46,934 bases of DNA from a bacterium (GCA_040757115.1 JBFLYA010000004.1:1-46934); one strand, 5' to 3'; shown: positions 27,988-38,085, counted from the stretch's first letter. The notes: generated by a model from the letters alone, not told the origin. Made by a program: numbers and translations.

Positions 27988-28626
27988 CTATCTTTCGTGA
28001 ATTTGTTTTAACCTTCTTTGTTCTAACCTTCTTTCTAAATTATTCTGTCCCCTATCTATTGCTTTATGAAGTATATCCAAAAATAACTGACTTGCTAATA
28101 ATTTAAACTGACCTGCTAATAATTTAAATTGTGTCGTAATATCCTGTCCATTAATCTTCATAGTTCTGCATGTGTCTATAGTAAGTTCTGGGATATATAC
28201 AATCTTTGCAATCACTATTATTTGTTCTCCTAACCTTATAATTTTGCCAGTGGTATAATAATTCGCTCCTAATCCCTTCAACTCTGGTATAGTTGTAGAA
28301 TCTATTACCCCGCTCATTTCTTCACTAAAAGCTATCTCATTTAAAATTTTTGTTATGTTCTCTCTTCCAACAATGCTAATCATCTCTCCTCCATACTCCA
28401 TAAAACCCTCAATTAATAAATCAGGAATATTTCTTACCAGCTTATCAAGTTCTTCAGTCTCTGTACCATGTTCAAATTCTGGTGTTACCAGCATTCGGAT
28501 ATTAATTAACGTTCGGATATCAATCTCTTGAGCAACACTAACCCGTGAAATCAAACAGCTAAAGAATAAAAGAACTACTATCCATAAACCGCAAAACTTA
28601 CTTTTTGATGTGTTTGAACTATGCAT
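27988..28626 (-). CDS. Stand-alone secreted CsgG/HfaB-like protein (paralogue C)
   Basis: Signal peptide; IPDLL...RE...ELKGLGANYYTTGKI is shared with paralogues A and B. Confidence 0.72.
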   Translation of the reverse strand: MHSSNTSKSKFCGLWIVVLLFFSCLISRVSVAQEIDIRTLINIRMLVTPEFEHGTETEELDKLVRNIPDLLIEGFMEYGGEMISIVGRENITKILNEIAFSEEMSGVIDSTTIPELKGLGANYYTTGKIIRLGEQIIVIAKIVYIPELTIDTCRTMKINGQDITTQFKLLAGQFKLLASQLFLDILHKAIDRGQNNLERRLEQRRLKQIHER

Positions 28627-28656
28627 TTTAAACTACCTCCTCCTACTTAAAAGATT

Positions 28657-29319
28657 CTATCTTTCTTTCTTACCTTTGCTTTTGTCCTCTTCGGGATGTC
28701 TAAATGTGAATTCCACTCCATCCTCGGTTATCTTAATTTTTCCTCCTACTCTCACTATCACTATCACTAACCCAAGGATTATCACATACATTAATATTAA
28801 TAATAACCCAACTGGATGTTTTTCAGTATCTTGGGAAGATTTCCCCTTTTCGTCCTGATGAAAACTTTGGTCTGTTGTAGGAACAATTAGTTTTATTTCA
28901 TTCTCTCCTTTTTCCAATTTTTCCAAGTAATATTGAAAGTGGAAACAAATATCCTCACCCTCCTCTGTTAGAATCTCTTCTTCCTTCTGAACCATAATAT
29001 AGAGACAATATCTATCATAATTCTTACCTATACACTCCTCAAAGTATTTTTGCATTTTAGTCCTTTTGACAAATGTATAGCCAGTTGCATCAGTTGGAGG
29101 TAAGGGATAAATATAACTTATATCTCTTTCCTGGATATCCCAATACCCTATTTTAACTTTGGCATTTGGAATTGAGAATTCCCGACCATTAACTGATTTA
29201 ACTATCCGTATTCCTATAATATCCTCCATGGAAATGATATAAAATAACATTATAGCCATGACTACATTAAGAATTATAGAAATTATAAGGAGATATACTA
29301 CTAAAAATTGTTTTTTCAA
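28657..29319 (-). CDS. Hypothetical membrane protein with N- and C-terminal TM helices
   Basis: Hydrophobic segments at both ends; TTG start with a GAGG RBS. Confidence 0.65.
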   Translation of the reverse strand: MKKQFLVVYLLIISIILNVVMAIMLFYIISMEDIIGIRIVKSVNGREFSIPNAKVKIGYWDIQERDISYIYPLPPTDATGYTFVKRTKMQKYFEECIGKNYDRYCLYIMVQKEEEILTEEGEDICFHFQYYLEKLEKGENEIKLIVPTTDQSFHQDEKGKSSQDTEKHPVGLLLILMYVIILGLVIVIVRVGGKIKITEDGVEFTFRHPEEDKSKGKKER

Positions 29320-29410
29320 ATTTTTACCTCTGTTAAATATCGTTGAATCTGGTCAATCACTAAGGATTTAGTATCCAAGATAGAAAATCGTCTCCATCTT
29401 TTGAGAGAGA

Positions 29411-30466
29411 TTATCTGGATAGTACATAACACGGGGTATACCAATTGATCCTGTCCCCTTCTTCTATTCTTTTGATATCTTCCATCTCCTTATACCCTTC
29501 TTTTTTCAATATCAGAGTATGTCTTCCTGAAGAAATACTTAGTGTCGTGGGGGTTATTCCTCTAAAGTATTCTCTATCTGGCTCTGAGCACCTCAAATAT
29601 ATCTTAGCTCCTGGTGGATCTGAAGTAACGGTGAGATTATACCTTTCATTTAAAGGTGTTAGTGGTGCACTAATACCTTCTGGGGCTTCACCCTCTGTGA
29701 TAGTAATTTCCTTTCTCCAAACTTCATAACTATCTTTAGCTATCTCTATTAAATGTATTCCTACAGAGACATTTATAGATTTAGGTGTCTTGCCCTTCAT
29801 TTCTCCATCTAAATATATTTCAGCCCCCGGCGGTATAGAGCTAATAGTTAGAGTCTGCTCTGTTGGTGGGCTTGGTGTTGTTGATGGCTCTGATGGTTGC
29901 GGAGGTGGTGTAGGAGAAGGTATCTCTTTTCGTATTTTCACTGCTAATGTCCCTATCTTAGACTTATATGGTATATGTTGCAGGGTAGTATATGCATCCT
30001 TTATTTCTCCTTTAATCATTATGGCTGCAACTTCAAATTCTTCACCATCTCTTGGAGGATACCCTTCGCCACCTAAGTATACTTCTTTAATCTCCCACTC
30101 TTTTGCAGGGACAATCCCTGGCTTTTGGGTTTGCCAGGTCTCCCATCCTACAGAGCGGTTAACTATAAATATCCTCCAGTCCCGAAATTTCTCCACATCT
30201 CCTTTTATCTCTCCTTTAATGGGAATACTTATTGTTTTTTCTCTTGAAAGAATTTTACTCGGAAGGTCTGTTATGGTCAATTCTACTGGCCGAACATACA
30301 TTATTACAGGAATAATTATACCTATTGAAATACATAGTGTTATACAGATTCTCCAGACCATTTCGAGCATTCTACCCTTTTCCCTTTTTTCTTTAATAGT
30401 AATCATTGCTGCTATGGCTGCTGGAATTGCAAGAATAGTACGAATAATGCCAATAATTATTTCCAT
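29411..30466 (-). CDS. Membrane-anchored protein: beta repeat domain, Pro-rich linker and two PEGA domains
   Basis: LTISSIPPGAEIYLDG...GKTP and LTVTSDPPGAKIYL...GITP. Confidence 0.82.
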   Translation of the reverse strand: MEIIIGIIRTILAIPAAIAAMITIKEKREKGRMLEMVWRICITLCISIGIIIPVIMYVRPVELTITDLPSKILSREKTISIPIKGEIKGDVEKFRDWRIFIVNRSVGWETWQTQKPGIVPAKEWEIKEVYLGGEGYPPRDGEEFEVAAIMIKGEIKDAYTTLQHIPYKSKIGTLAVKIRKEIPSPTPPPQPSEPSTTPSPPTEQTLTISSIPPGAEIYLDGEMKGKTPKSINVSVGIHLIEIAKDSYEVWRKEITITEGEAPEGISAPLTPLNERYNLTVTSDPPGAKIYLRCSEPDREYFRGITPTTLSISSGRHTLILKKEGYKEMEDIKRIEEGDRINWYTPCYVLSR

Positions 30467-30484
30467 CCTTTCACCTCATATATC

Positions 30485-30513
30485 AATCTATCACATTCTT
30501 ACAAAAAAGTCAA
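30485..30513 (-). promoter_or_regulatory. Internal sigma70-type promoter
   Basis: TTGACT-N17-TAGATT. Confidence 0.5.
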
Positions 30514-30516
30514 GAA

Positions 30517-31431
30517 TTATTCATTTTTTATAAGAGGGACCTGGTTATGAGGAATACCATTGAAACCATCAAATGACATAACATAGATGTCTTTCTCTTT
30601 ACAGCCTCGTTGGAGGAAATATTGTTTCCAGAAGTCATGGATACAGTTCTCTTTTTCGGGTGGTTTAACTACACCAGCCGGATAGACCAGCCAAACTTTT
30701 ACCGTGTGAAAGATATTTTGCTCTTCGGCTATGGGAAGTGGAAGATGTGTGAAAGATTTTGATTCTGGTTCCTGCTGGTATAAGTCATCAGGTTGCCATT
30801 GATGCATGTCACCAACAACAATAATAAATTTTTCTTTCATATCCTTATGTTCTTGAAGATATCGGAACCGTTTTGAAATATAATTTAGTGCACCTAAATA
30901 TGCGCTAAATCCTCCCTCAGCTGGATGTAATTCCTGAATCTTTTCTCTATACTCTTTTACGACCTTTTCAACTGTTACCCATCGCTCCTTTAAACCTTTC
31001 TTCCATTCTTGTGGCAGGTCTTTTCCCTCTATCAGGCATTTAAGAACATTCTGAGGTACTGGAGGTAGTTTTTTAGATTGTTGGTTTTTGAAGATTGAGT
31101 TGTTGAATTCATCGAATGTTGATGTGCCGATAGTGTAACAAAATATCTGGTCACCTGGTCCCAGAGGAGCGAAGTCAATATATTCCAAATTATGCAGTTC
31201 AGGGAAAATATGGTCTATAATAAGGTACTTTGCCTTATCCAAAAATGGTGCTATTCCGTCCATTGAGGCAGTTGTGTCAATCAAAATATAAATCTCACGG
31301 GCATAAATCTCCTGACCTTGTTGAAGAGGTGGATGAGTTCCTCGCCAGAAGAGCCATAAAACGCTTCCTACTATACCAACTGGAAGCAAGATTGCAAATA
31401 AGGTTACAATTATTTTTTGTATTTTTTTCAT
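30517..31431 (-). CDS. Membrane-anchored vWA-like protein
   Basis: N-terminal TM; MIDAS-like ILIDTTASM, SAYLGAL and IIVVGDM. Confidence 0.65.
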   Translation of the reverse strand: MKKIQKIIVTLFAILLPVGIVGSVLWLFWRGTHPPLQQGQEIYAREIYILIDTTASMDGIAPFLDKAKYLIIDHIFPELHNLEYIDFAPLGPGDQIFCYTIGTSTFDEFNNSIFKNQQSKKLPPVPQNVLKCLIEGKDLPQEWKKGLKERWVTVEKVVKEYREKIQELHPAEGGFSAYLGALNYISKRFRYLQEHKDMKEKFIIVVGDMHQWQPDDLYQQEPESKSFTHLPLPIAEEQNIFHTVKVWLVYPAGVVKPPEKENCIHDFWKQYFLQRGCKEKDIYVMSFDGFNGIPHNQVPLIKNE

Positions 31432-31562
31432 TTCCTTTTCCTCCTTAATTTTTATTAAAGAACTGAAGAACGATAGAATATGAATTTCATGACTTAAGAC
31501 GAATCTCAGAAATATTCTAATTTACTACTTTAAAAAATTATAAAAAATCTGTGTTCATCCGT

Positions 31563-32231
31563 CTAAATCTGTGTCATCTGTGTTCTATTCTTACAGCTAT
31601 TTTTAGATGGAATAGCTTTGAACAGCTTTTCTAAAAGACGAAATATCTTTGCCAAAATATAAGTTGGTGCAATCAAGATAGCATAGACGAAAACCCAGGT
31701 AATGAAATCAAAAGTTAGGTGGGTAGCCCAAAAGAACCCCAGGGTCTCTATTCCCGCGATAAAGGCGGCCGCTGCACCCAATGCAAAAGGTATCAAAGAT
31801 TTCTCCTGGGCAATATCTGTGTAAAATTGATAATACAGGATTGCCTGGAAACCCCATAGACATATAGTTACCAGGAAAAGCATAAAAATAAGGGAGGCGA
31901 AAAAGAAGTAATATGCAAGAGACTTATCTTTAATACCCGTTGATTGGGGGGTATCTTGTATATCCCCAGTATATTGAATGGTTATGTGGAAAAGCATACC
32001 TGCCAGTCCTATAAAAATGATTAGAAGCAACGCTAAACTACGACTTTCCCTAACAGGTAAACCAAGCACTTCTTGAAGGACATGAGTGTAGATTGGGAAA
32101 TAACTGACTATCCCAAAGAGCATTAATCCAAGAATGATGAGTCCCACAACTGACTTTACAGCATGAGGTTTTGGTACAGATTGAATCTGCATACGAATCC
32201 CACCATTTGTTAATCCTAATTCTTTATTCAT
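31563..32231 (-). CDS. Hypothetical integral membrane protein (4-5 TM)
   Basis: Hydrophobic segments; overlaps the end of the upstream gene. Confidence 0.7.
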   Translation of the reverse strand: MNKELGLTNGGIRMQIQSVPKPHAVKSVVGLIILGLMLFGIVSYFPIYTHVLQEVLGLPVRESRSLALLLIIFIGLAGMLFHITIQYTGDIQDTPQSTGIKDKSLAYYFFFASLIFMLFLVTICLWGFQAILYYQFYTDIAQEKSLIPFALGAAAAFIAGIETLGFFWATHLTFDFITWVFVYAILIAPTYILAKIFRLLEKLFKAIPSKNSCKNRTQMTQI

Positions 32232-34206
32232 TATTTATCACCTCTCTTTTACCATAAATTGACTCAAAAGTCTCTGCTAAATACCCTGATAGAATGGAAG
32301 GTATCTGAAAGAAATATTCCAATATAGCGAGCACCAGGAGTGATAGCAAAGCAATAATTATCCAGAAGAGCCATGATTTCCAACTATTGCTCTCTCCTTT
32401 TTTACTTACAGATACTTGAAGCTTATTGATTCCTGTTTTAGTTTTTTCAGATACATTCACTCCATATATAGTTGGAGAGGCTTCCAGGGTGTAGTTTCTC
32501 CACCAGGAGTATGGTCCGTATTTTCCCGGAAGCATCCCTTTTGTAACAATAGCGATGATTTCATATTCCTTCAGGGTGTCTTCTTCTTTTTTATTTTCTC
32601 CCTGAAAGATGGCATTTGGCACTTCCCATGTGTTTTCACGCACGAGTGCAGGACCATAGAAACTCCAAATTCCTCTCCCCCTCTTATGAATTCCTACCCA
32701 TATCTGTGTGCCATTTGGTAGATTCTCCACTTTCCCTTCAATATATCCATTATTTGGCACCTGTATCTTACGACCAGGATGTACTTTTATTCCTGCAATT
32801 CGGGAAATAGAAAGTGTAATCTGGGATATTGGATTTTTTCTCTTACCAGTTATCTTTATGATCAGAGAAGGAGAAACCGCAAGAGCACTTTGTCTCAACA
32901 AATCGTAGCCAACTACACCAAGAGGTAGAGTTGCGTTAGATACAACACAGATTAGTTCAAAACAATTTGTTTTATTATTGCCCATTGATATGGAATTCAA
33001 ACCTTTTAGAGTCCATGTGCCGTTACATACAAAAGCCGGTCCATCCTGAACTATCCATTCTCTGGTATCCAGGGGAGATAAGATAGTCCATAAAGATGCT
33101 CCCTGAGGAAGGTATTTAACTGTTCCTTCTATTTCTATTATATCCTCCAGAAACGGTAATTCGAGAAATCTGTCTACATTTACTACATATGCATCTACTA
33201 TATCAGCCGGGCTCCTTCCATAAAAAGTTTGTTCTCTTCGTTCAATTCGCTTGATTCGTTCGATGGTAACCTTTGGAATTCTTTCAGGATCATCCAACAA
33301 TGGCAATTTTTTAACAAACACATGAATTTTAGGAGAAGATACAATAAAACTTTCTCTCCATGTCGGACGATTAACAGTACCAGTATCCAATAGCTCTTTA
33401 GAAACAATAGCGAATATATCAAAATCTGTCCAGGTAGGATTTGCTTGATCCGCAATGAGAATTCCCTTCATTTCCCATTTAACACCATTTACCTCAGCAG
33501 GGCCAAAGATTCTCCATTTATCTGTTCCTGGAGCATGAACAATTATGTATATAAAAGTTTCTCCAGATTGTGGGCTATGAGGAAGTCTTACTGTGCCAGC
33601 TACCCCAGCCGCAGGTGGTATAACTGCGGGGTCTTCTGGAGTAACACATTGACCATTGATAGTGGAAATCCAAATACCATGAATATCTTCTGATAAGACT
33701 TCCCGTGCAGGTATTGTTACATTAACAGGCGCAGAGATAGCATTAGCTTTCTTTTTCCATTCATCAGCATAAACTTCATTGCTCGATAGGCTCTCCCCTT
33801 CCTTTAACACTATGGCACGGAGTGTGACATTCCTTCCTTGATAAGCTCCCTCACCTAACCGAACTCCAGGAAGCGTCCATATTCCTTTATCATCTTCCCT
33901 TGCATGACTGTAGCAACGCCAGAGATGTGTTCCCTGAGCATTTACCAGCACCCAAATTCTTGAGCCTTCTTCACAATCCCATACATCAATCTTTACATCT
34001 ACTCCTCCAGCCTCATCAAGGGTATCCAGAATAATATCACTTTTATCTTCAACCTTAATGTTTGCAACCGATACAATAGAGATAGATATAGGTTCTGAAG
34101 TTGGTATCGCGGTATCCTGTCCCCAGACCATGGAGTATAAGGTAAGAAATATTCCTATCCAGTAAACAAAATGTTGAATTACCTGCAAAATAACCGCCTC
34201 CTTCAA
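32224..34206 (-). CDS. Secreted, C-terminally anchored protein with four internal ~120-130-aa repeats
   Basis: Signal-like N-terminus, repeated G.V...W/Y.....W...A....W...F/Y.I.AIV...S pattern and a C-terminal TM. Confidence 0.8.
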   Translation of the reverse strand: MKEAVILQVIQHFVYWIGIFLTLYSMVWGQDTAIPTSEPISISIVSVANIKVEDKSDIILDTLDEAGGVDVKIDVWDCEEGSRIWVLVNAQGTHLWRCYSHAREDDKGIWTLPGVRLGEGAYQGRNVTLRAIVLKEGESLSSNEVYADEWKKKANAISAPVNVTIPAREVLSEDIHGIWISTINGQCVTPEDPAVIPPAAGVAGTVRLPHSPQSGETFIYIIVHAPGTDKWRIFGPAEVNGVKWEMKGILIADQANPTWTDFDIFAIVSKELLDTGTVNRPTWRESFIVSSPKIHVFVKKLPLLDDPERIPKVTIERIKRIERREQTFYGRSPADIVDAYVVNVDRFLELPFLEDIIEIEGTVKYLPQGASLWTILSPLDTREWIVQDGPAFVCNGTWTLKGLNSISMGNNKTNCFELICVVSNATLPLGVVGYDLLRQSALAVSPSLIIKITGKRKNPISQITLSISRIAGIKVHPGRKIQVPNNGYIEGKVENLPNGTQIWVGIHKRGRGIWSFYGPALVRENTWEVPNAIFQGENKKEEDTLKEYEIIAIVTKGMLPGKYGPYSWWRNYTLEASPTIYGVNVSEKTKTGINKLQVSVSKKGESNSWKSWLFWIIIALLSLLVLAILEYFFQIPSILSGYLAETFESIYGKREVINNE

Positions 34207-34214
34207 AGGGATTT

Positions 34215-35456
34215 TTATTTAAAACGATCCTCCAGTATAATATACACCTCACGGGAGAGAGCAATAACATTTTCATCATTTGGCTGTTCAACCTCTCCTC
34301 TGGAAACTGCGGCTATAACCATAAGGTGTTGGTCAGCATTTCCAAAATTGACAGGGGGTAACTTCCAATAATAATCACCTACTCGGCTTGCTCTTCCCTT
34401 CAGTATCCATGTTCCTTCTCCATTACTGAGTTTAATAAATACCCACATTATATAATCCCTTGGAACAGCATGACCATCAGTCATTTCAATTGTTCCTTCT
34501 ATACTGTTAACTTTACATACCCGATATTCTTTTTTACCATCTACTGGTTTATCATCAATCATAGTAATGACAATATTTATCCTATCTACTCGTATCACTT
34601 TGACTTCAGGTGATAGAGCAAGTATTGAGTCTTGTTTATATTTCTCCCATAGAGAGGGAAGGACATGTCCCTCTGGTAACCGTTCTTTTGACACAATGCT
34701 ATATACTAAAAATTTCTTTCCTGTATCAACGAGTCCCTCACGACCAAAGTAGCCAATCCCTTTCCAAATTTTACCTTCTCCTTTACCTATATCGGACATA
34801 ATCCAGCGGTCAGAGCCCTCTACAGGCTGGACGACTACCTGCACAAATGCATCTTTTGTTTTACATACCTCACCACTCAGAGTTTCCTTGTGTGCTACCG
34901 GGATAAATTTCCCTGGTATATAAGGCTGTTCTGCTACAGATTGTTCCCCTATGTAGTCAATCCGTATATGTGACACTATTGATTGAGTACCCTCTATTGG
35001 ATTGCGTACCGCATCCACCTGGTTAGAAAGTGCAACAGAATATCTCTGTAATGTATCGTAGTCTATTACACCTTCCCGTATAAGTTTATTTTTAGAGACT
35101 ACGAGAGTAACTATCTTAAACCGCTTCCCATAATCTGACTTTTTCCCAAACCGAAACCTTGCTATTTTCCAATTACCTTCTCTTTCAGGTCCAGTTACTA
35201 CTTCTTGCACTCTCCATGCCTCATTCCCTTCTTGCTGTATAGCAACTTGAACCTTCATATTTACTGATTCATTACTATTAAGGTTGAATATCTTACCTCT
35301 TATATCTTCAATATGACTCACTGAGATTTCTCCTGGGTCTATTTCCTTCTGACCGATTGAGGAAATCTCTATCCTGAGCTGAGCAAGAACGATAACTGGC
35401 AGTAAGAAGATTAACAGCCACCCCAGAATGATAGAATAAGCTATCTTCTTCATCAA
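34215..35456 (-). CDS. Secreted protein with three copies of the same repeat
   Basis: Signal peptide ending VLA-Q; GGAGG RBS. Confidence 0.8.
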   Translation of the reverse strand: MMKKIAYSIILGWLLIFLLPVIVLAQLRIEISSIGQKEIDPGEISVSHIEDIRGKIFNLNSNESVNMKVQVAIQQEGNEAWRVQEVVTGPEREGNWKIARFRFGKKSDYGKRFKIVTLVVSKNKLIREGVIDYDTLQRYSVALSNQVDAVRNPIEGTQSIVSHIRIDYIGEQSVAEQPYIPGKFIPVAHKETLSGEVCKTKDAFVQVVVQPVEGSDRWIMSDIGKGEGKIWKGIGYFGREGLVDTGKKFLVYSIVSKERLPEGHVLPSLWEKYKQDSILALSPEVKVIRVDRINIVITMIDDKPVDGKKEYRVCKVNSIEGTIEMTDGHAVPRDYIMWVFIKLSNGEGTWILKGRASRVGDYYWKLPPVNFGNADQHLMVIAAVSRGEVEQPNDENVIALSREVYIILEDRFK

Positions 35457-35509
35457 ATACCTCCATCTTTATTACCTTATCTATAAAACTGTTTTTTACT
35501 GAAATATAT

Positions 35510-35526
35510 AGCAATTTTCATGCCAA
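35510..35526 (-). promoter_or_regulatory. sigma54 (-24/-12) promoter
   Basis: Minus strand TTGGCATGAAAATTGCT, about 55 bp upstream of the first gene. Confidence 0.8.
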
Positions 35527-35972
35527 CTTTAATCCAAATTCAATTAACTTCATCTATTACATACAGTTAGTTCCCTTTTCCCTTATGTCTAACTTCTTCT
35601 CAAATATCTTTTGTGTATCCAAAAACTTCTTTTCTAACTATACATTTTAGTAAGTATAGTGAACTACTTTAAAATTAAGTTGATAAATTTCATTATCACC
35701 TTAATCCTTTCTTCTATCAAAGAAGGAAGGGAAAATAAATATGTCTCCCTTTCCTTTGGGTAAAAATAGTTGGGATGAGAAAGTATTTCACCTTCCCTTC
35801 ACCATATTTTATAGCAAAAAACATGCTAACATACGAGAAATTAGTTAAGAAGGTTCTTAGATGGTTTAATTTCAATAGGTTATAAATTACAGGCTAAGTG
35901 AGGATACTTTTTCCTTCTTGCTCTAAAAAGTAACGATTTGTTACCACTATGAGAAAGATTCGTTACTATCCC

Positions 35973-36375
35973 AGGGGCTCTACTTTAACTGATGTTTCCA
36001 AAGGAGGGAGGGACAGTAGATTCGCTCCGATAAGGTTGTGTTGTCCTTATCCTTATCGCTCCTATGAGCTCCTCCGACTGCTTATAAAACACCTTGCTAC
36101 TTCTTATCGTTACCCACAAGTCCAAATATAGTTAATTGACAATTATCAATTAGCCATTATCAATTCACAATTAATATTTGATGTTGACAAAATTAACAAA
36201 TAATGGTCAATTGTTAATTGTAAATTGTCAATTGTTAATTATTGGGGGCTGCATATCTCTGTTATTTCGCAGTACTTCCCCTCAAAAATCTTCCCTTTCA
36301 AGATGTAGGTAACGATAAATTGCTACTTCGGGTTTCCCCTTATAAGTAAGCTGAGCATGTCCCACCAGTCCTGAA
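35973..36375 (-). ncRNA. Probable group II intron ribozyme remnant, interrupted and partly inverted
   Basis: Minus strand AGTCGGAGGAGCTCATAGGAGCGATAAG...GGACAACACAACC...GGAGCGAA resembles the domain II/III junction and domain III. No RT ORF. Confidence 0.45.
36103..36319. mobile_element. 217-bp MITE with IS4/IS50-like ends and a 9-bp TSD
   Basis: CTTATCGTTACCCACA...TGTAGGTAACGATAAA with TTGCTACTT on both sides. Confidence 0.8.
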
Positions 36376-36655
36376 GAGTAAAAAATCTTCGCACAAAAAC
36401 TCTTTGTAATAATCCAATTTTTTATCCCTCCAAAATTTTTTAAAAAAATATTTGTATTTTTACACTTTTTATGGTATAATCATAATATATACTATTATGA
36501 TTTATTAGACTTCTGCAAAATGAGAATTTTTGCTTTATTTGTCATTCATGCGTTCTTTATGTCATTCCTGCGGAAGCAGGAATCCAGAGGTACAAAGAAT
36601 GGATTCCCCCTGATTAAGCCTATTCTCCCTGAATTTAGCTTCACATATATTATCA

Positions 36656-37363
36656 ATGTAAAGGAAATAAAGAAGGATTGGGTAGAAGAATATAAGATAG
36701 AGCCTGTATTAATAGAGACATTTGTAGATAGAGAGCGATTTAGTGGAGTTTGTTATCGAGCGGCTAATTTTGAATATATTGGTGAGACAAAGGGGCGTGG
36801 TAGGCAAGATTGTAAACATGAGCATAAGGTGTCAGTGAAAGGGATATATCTTTATGCATTATGTAAGGATTTTCAAAGGTTGTTATGTGGAGGGCAGGTA
36901 TTAGAGAGAGAAGAGGCGAGTGTGTCTGAAGATTGGGCAGAGGAGGAATTTAGGAAGGCACGATTAAGAGATTTGAGATTGAAGAAGCGGTTGATGAAGA
37001 TAGCGAGGGATTTTTATGCCAATCCCCAGGGGAATATACCCCTTAACAAAACTGGGGCGTGAAGTTCCGGATGTGTCCTGTAGCGTATTTTTCGAGGAGG
37101 CAGAATGAAAGGTATTAGTTGCATATAAGACCCAAAATCCACATCCACCAGTAACTCCACCGAGTTTAAGAGAAGCGGTTCGGATGGTAGCAAGTTTGGG
37201 AGGGTTTTTAGGGCGTAAAAGTGATGGTGAACCTGGAACAAAAACACTATGGTTTGGTCTTCAACGTCTTGATGATATCACTGCTATATGGAAAATTTGT
37301 AATCTGATATGTACTTCTATTCCACCTTAGTTTTGTCCAGCAAAAGATGTGGGTAAAGATCAG
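36656..37363 (+). mobile_element. Internally deleted IS4-family (Tn5-like, DUF4338-fused) element
   Basis: PVLIETFVD...YRAANF..IGETKGRGR, then DWAEEEF...D.RL.KRL, then LGGFLGRKSDGEPG..TLW.GLQRL. Terminal sequence ATGTGGGTAAAGATCAG. Confidence 0.82.
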
Positions 37364-37440
37364 GCTGGGGGATGGGGCATTCCCTTTGGGAAAGGAGGTT
37401 CCCCCAATGGGAGCTGGGGCAAAGCCCCAGAACATCTTCC

Positions 37441-38085
37441 TTAATTTTCTAATTGCACAGGTGGAAATTTTTCAATCGCTAATTCTAATTCCTTTTTTAT
37501 CTCCGGGTCATTTTCTTCAACTACCCATTTCTTAAATTCGTTAATGACTGTTTCTTTCCGTAATTCACCTAATCCATAGATAGCGGCTAATTGCAATTTT
37601 TTATTATTACCTTTAGCCATTTTTAATAAAGGGTCAATGACTTCATCGAATTTTAAGTTAGCCAGTGCCACTGCCGCGGCGATACGCATATTTTCATCCT
37701 CTGTTTCATCGGTTAATATCTTTTTCAGTGGAGCAATTACCTTTTTAGTTTCCATTTTAGATAAAAGTTGGGCTAAGACAAATCTAAGTTTCCAATCCTT
37801 ATTTTTATCTACCAATACCTCAATTATCATTGGTGCCGCGGGTTTACCCACAAATCGTAGGTAGGATATTTGAGGTTTTCCAATAGTAAATATTTGATTG
37901 ATATCATTTGTGGAATTACAGGCTTTTTCTAATAATCCAATCTCACGCCAGATTTCCTTTTTTATATCATCCCTAATTTCCTGTTTTTCTGTCCTTTTAA
38001 AGGTATGACTAATCCACAGAAACATAGTGATTAAAATTATGGCAAAGATAAGAATTCTTACAAGTGGATTTTGTGGCTTTTCCAT
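37441..38085 (-). CDS. Membrane-anchored HEAT-repeat protein
   Basis: N-terminal TM and LR..LA..L / R.AAA.AL repeats; the last residues derive from a MITE end. Confidence 0.8.
   Translation of the reverse strand: MEKPQNPLVRILIFAIILITMFLWISHTFKRTEKQEIRDDIKKEIWREIGLLEKACNSTNDINQIFTIGKPQISYLRFVGKPAAPMIIEVLVDKNKDWKLRFVLAQLLSKMETKKVIAPLKKILTDETEDENMRIAAAVALANLKFDEVIDPLLKMAKGNNKKLQLAAIYGLGELRKETVINEFKKWVVEENDPEIKKELELAIEKFPPVQLEN

Noticed and set aside
28087-28128. 21-bp near-tandem duplication (QFKLLAG/QFKLLAS)
   Set aside because: It is real but most simply a local slippage event with no further signal.
36520-37062. Druantia DruA defence gene or an intact 180-aa CDS
   Set aside because: The DUF4338-like part runs into Tn5-type transposase domains, and the ORF start is made of repeat DNA, so it is an IS4 remnant.
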